A stretch of DNA of 64,000 nt from Micavibrio sp. (GTDB lineage Bacteria; Pseudomonadota; Alphaproteobacteria; Micavibrionales; Micavibrionaceae). A program made the translations under genes and the position numbers. This document shows positions 62,014 to 64,000 of the stretch, piece by piece (position 1 is the stretch's first letter; each line of letters opens with the position of its first letter). Where the stretch lies: NCBI GenBank assembly GCA_002695035.1, contig NZNU01000075.1, positions 20,462-84,461 of the forward strand, in the 5' to 3' direction. The notes under the pieces are model-generated. The model had not been told where the DNA came from. It was given only the letters and a program-made list of their open reading frames with translations, and searched no databases.

Positions 62014-63084
62014 ATGGAAACTGACACACCCCAAATGACGGACGGCTTTACGCTTGCCCTTGAAAAGGTACAGGGCTGGGCCACCGGATTTTACTCCATT
62101 CTGCCAAATATATTGGTCGGACTGGTCATACTTCTTATTTTTACAGTATTTGCCTATACGATATCCAAGGCAATCACGGCCTACTTCAAACGCAGAGACA
62201 AAATAGATTTAGGCAATATTGTCTCTGACATAGGCTTTTGGTTATTTATGGTATTCGGCCTGCTTGTCGCCTTAACCATAATGATACCTTCAATGAACCC
62301 GGCTGACCTTGTTGCAAGTTTCGGTATCGGATCAATTGCGGTTGGTTTTGCGTTCAAAGAGATTTTACAAAACTGGTTTGCTGGTCTTCTTATATTGTTG
62401 CGCGCACCATTCAGACGCGGCGATCAGGTGTCCTTGGAAGAAATAAGTGGCACCGTTATGCGTATAGAGCCTCGCGCGACTATAATTCGCACATATGATG
62501 GACGGGACGTAGTAATACCGAATACAACGGTTTTCTCTACCAAGGTTATTATACAGACATCCCAAGAACATCGCCGCGTAGAAATGGAAATCACAGTCGG
62601 CTATGACTACGAAATCGGGTTTGTCACAGAAATCATTCAACAGGCCTTTGCAAATGTAGATGAAATTTTAAAAACACCTGCTCCTCAGGTGCTGTGCTGG
62701 GAGCTGGGGGCTACATCCCTTGGACTTAAGCTGCGCTGGTGGATCAAGTCGGAACGTGCCAATGAGGTTGTATCGCGCGCACGCCTTGTCCAAGCCCTTA
62801 AAACATCTTTCATGGCAAATGACATTGACCCGACTGACCCGTCACTTGTTTATTCCATAAATTCGGCACCGCCTGAACCTCAGACAAGTGACACGCAGCC
62901 AGCCAAGACAAAAAAGAGAGGCAAACCCGAAAAACCAGTCGCTGTTGAAAAGCCGGCTAAGGTTGTAATGGATGCAAACGATCCCGAAACACACACAAAC
63001 AAAGCAGACAGTAAAGATAAAACACTTCTTCCTCAAGAATCGGACCCCATTACCAAGCAAAACACGATTGAGGGAAAAGCATAG
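62014..63084 (+). CDS. Mechanosensitive ion channel family protein (MscS-like)
   Basis: Three TM helices, then the MscS beta-domain FRRGDQVSLEEISGTVMRIEPRATIIRTYDGRDVVIPN. The ATG at 62014 is preferred over the TTG at 61972. Confidence 0.8.
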   Translation: METDTPQMTDGFTLALEKVQGWATGFYSILPNILVGLVILLIFTVFAYTISKAITAYFKRRDKIDLGNIVSDIGFWLFMVFGLLVALTIMIPSMNPADLVASFGIGSIAVGFAFKEILQNWFAGLLILLRAPFRRGDQVSLEEISGTVMRIEPRATIIRTYDGRDVVIPNTTVFSTKVIIQTSQEHRRVEMEITVGYDYEIGFVTEIIQQAFANVDEILKTPAPQVLCWELGATSLGLKLRWWIKSERANEVVSRARLVQALKTSFMANDIDPTDPSLVYSINSAPPEPQTSDTQPAKTKKRGKPEKPVAVEKPAKVVMDANDPETHTNKADSKDKTLLPQESDPITKQNTIEGKA

Positions 63085-63927
63085 ATGAAACCCAGCTATT
63101 TCTGCACAGAGAATTTCGATCAAGCCTTAGCCAGAGCCAAAGGCGGTTATATGGCAATCGGCGCACATCAGGACGATTTAGAAATTTTTGCAATCCACGG
63201 CATAGGCAAGGCGCGCGAAACAGGCAAAAACGATTTTGTAGGCGTCACTGTCACAGATGGAGGGGGCAGCCCGCGCAAAGGCCCGTTTGAACAATATACA
63301 GACCAAGACATGATTGAAGAACGCCTTCATGAGCAAAACAAGGCCGCGGAGATAGGAGGTTATGCCCTTCAATATCAGCTGGGATACGAAAGCGCTGCTC
63401 TTAAAGGAAAAGAACCGGCTCTCGGCAAAGATCTTATCGACACACTGAAAGACCTTATCATGGCCATTGAACCCAAGGTCATTTATACGCATAACCCCTT
63501 TGACAAGCATGAATCTCATAACGCTATTACACGCGCCGTGGTTCTGGCTCTTAAAGCTGTTCCCGATTCAAAAAGGCCACAGGAATTCTACGGCTGTGAA
63601 GTGTGGCGGGGACTTGATTGGCTTCCTGATGATATGAAAGTAGCCTTAGATATTTCGAACTACCTTGATCTACAAAAAAAGCTTATTGCCGCACATAAAT
63701 CACAGACATCAGGCGGAAAAAACTATGTCGAGGGCGCTGTAGGTCGTGAAATCGCAAATGCGACTTTTCTATCCTCCCATGTTTTGCTCGATGCCGAAGC
63801 AGCCACTTATGCAGTGGACATGATGCCCTTGGTAAATGATAAATCTTTGAGCCTTAAAGACTACATGCAGCCCTATCTGGATGCCTTCAATAAAGAGATT
63901 TTGGACAGCGCAAATACTTACGACTGA
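63085..63927 (+). CDS. PIG-L/LmbE family deacetylase
   Basis: GAHQDDLE (AHPDD-type) and HNPFDKHESH (HxxH) metal motifs. The ATG directly abuts the mscS stop. Confidence 0.65.
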   Translation: MKPSYFCTENFDQALARAKGGYMAIGAHQDDLEIFAIHGIGKARETGKNDFVGVTVTDGGGSPRKGPFEQYTDQDMIEERLHEQNKAAEIGGYALQYQLGYESAALKGKEPALGKDLIDTLKDLIMAIEPKVIYTHNPFDKHESHNAITRAVVLALKAVPDSKRPQEFYGCEVWRGLDWLPDDMKVALDISNYLDLQKKLIAAHKSQTSGGKNYVEGAVGREIANATFLSSHVLLDAEAATYAVDMMPLVNDKSLSLKDYMQPYLDAFNKEILDSANTYD

Positions 63928-64000
63928 TTTTCATGATTAAAATACATATTTCTTAAAATCAGTATCATTGCAGAAAACAAAAACAGAACTGCTAAAACCC

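Overview
This window looks like core chromosome from an alphaproteobacterium. The diagnostic genes are a CcrM-type GANTC adenine methyltransferase, PopZ (DUF2497), DUF4164(ZauP)-ZapA, the split F0 operon atpI-atpB-atpE-atpF'-atpF, DUF721 divergent from mutY next to dsbA-smc, and yebC-ruvCAB-ybgC-tolQRAB. GC content is roughly in the low-to-mid 40s percent by eye, not computed. Coding density is high, with about 70 protein genes. There are two tRNAs (Asn-GUU and Cys-GCA) and a strong 6S RNA candidate in the conserved zapA-ssrS-5FCL slot. There are several intrinsic terminators and a few sigma70-like promoters. I found no transposase, integrase, phage gene, CRISPR array or recognisable defence gene. 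Most of the window is ordinary housekeeping: tkt-gap-fbaA, ribosomal proteins L21/L27/L31, obg, efp, smc, pepN, ctpA/envC, rlmH/rsfS/nadD. I cannot point to a clear new system. The loci that best deserve follow-up are listed here. (1) A stand-alone, membrane-anchored EndoU-like toxin-type domain with an upstream 92-aa orphan, lying between rpmE and fbaA. (2) A translationally coupled pair: a CheY-like receiver with an Arg-rich tail and a 192-aa helical orphan. (3) An orphan HExxH protein beside tRNA-Cys. (4) A dense cluster of GANTC methylation sites in the ccrM promoter. (5) Two convergent, 3'-overlapping accessory metabolic operons (SDR-dienelactone hydrolase-HAD phosphatase versus BKACE-SDR-glycerate kinase). 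All family assignments rest on motif and synteny recognition by eye. No database search was run.
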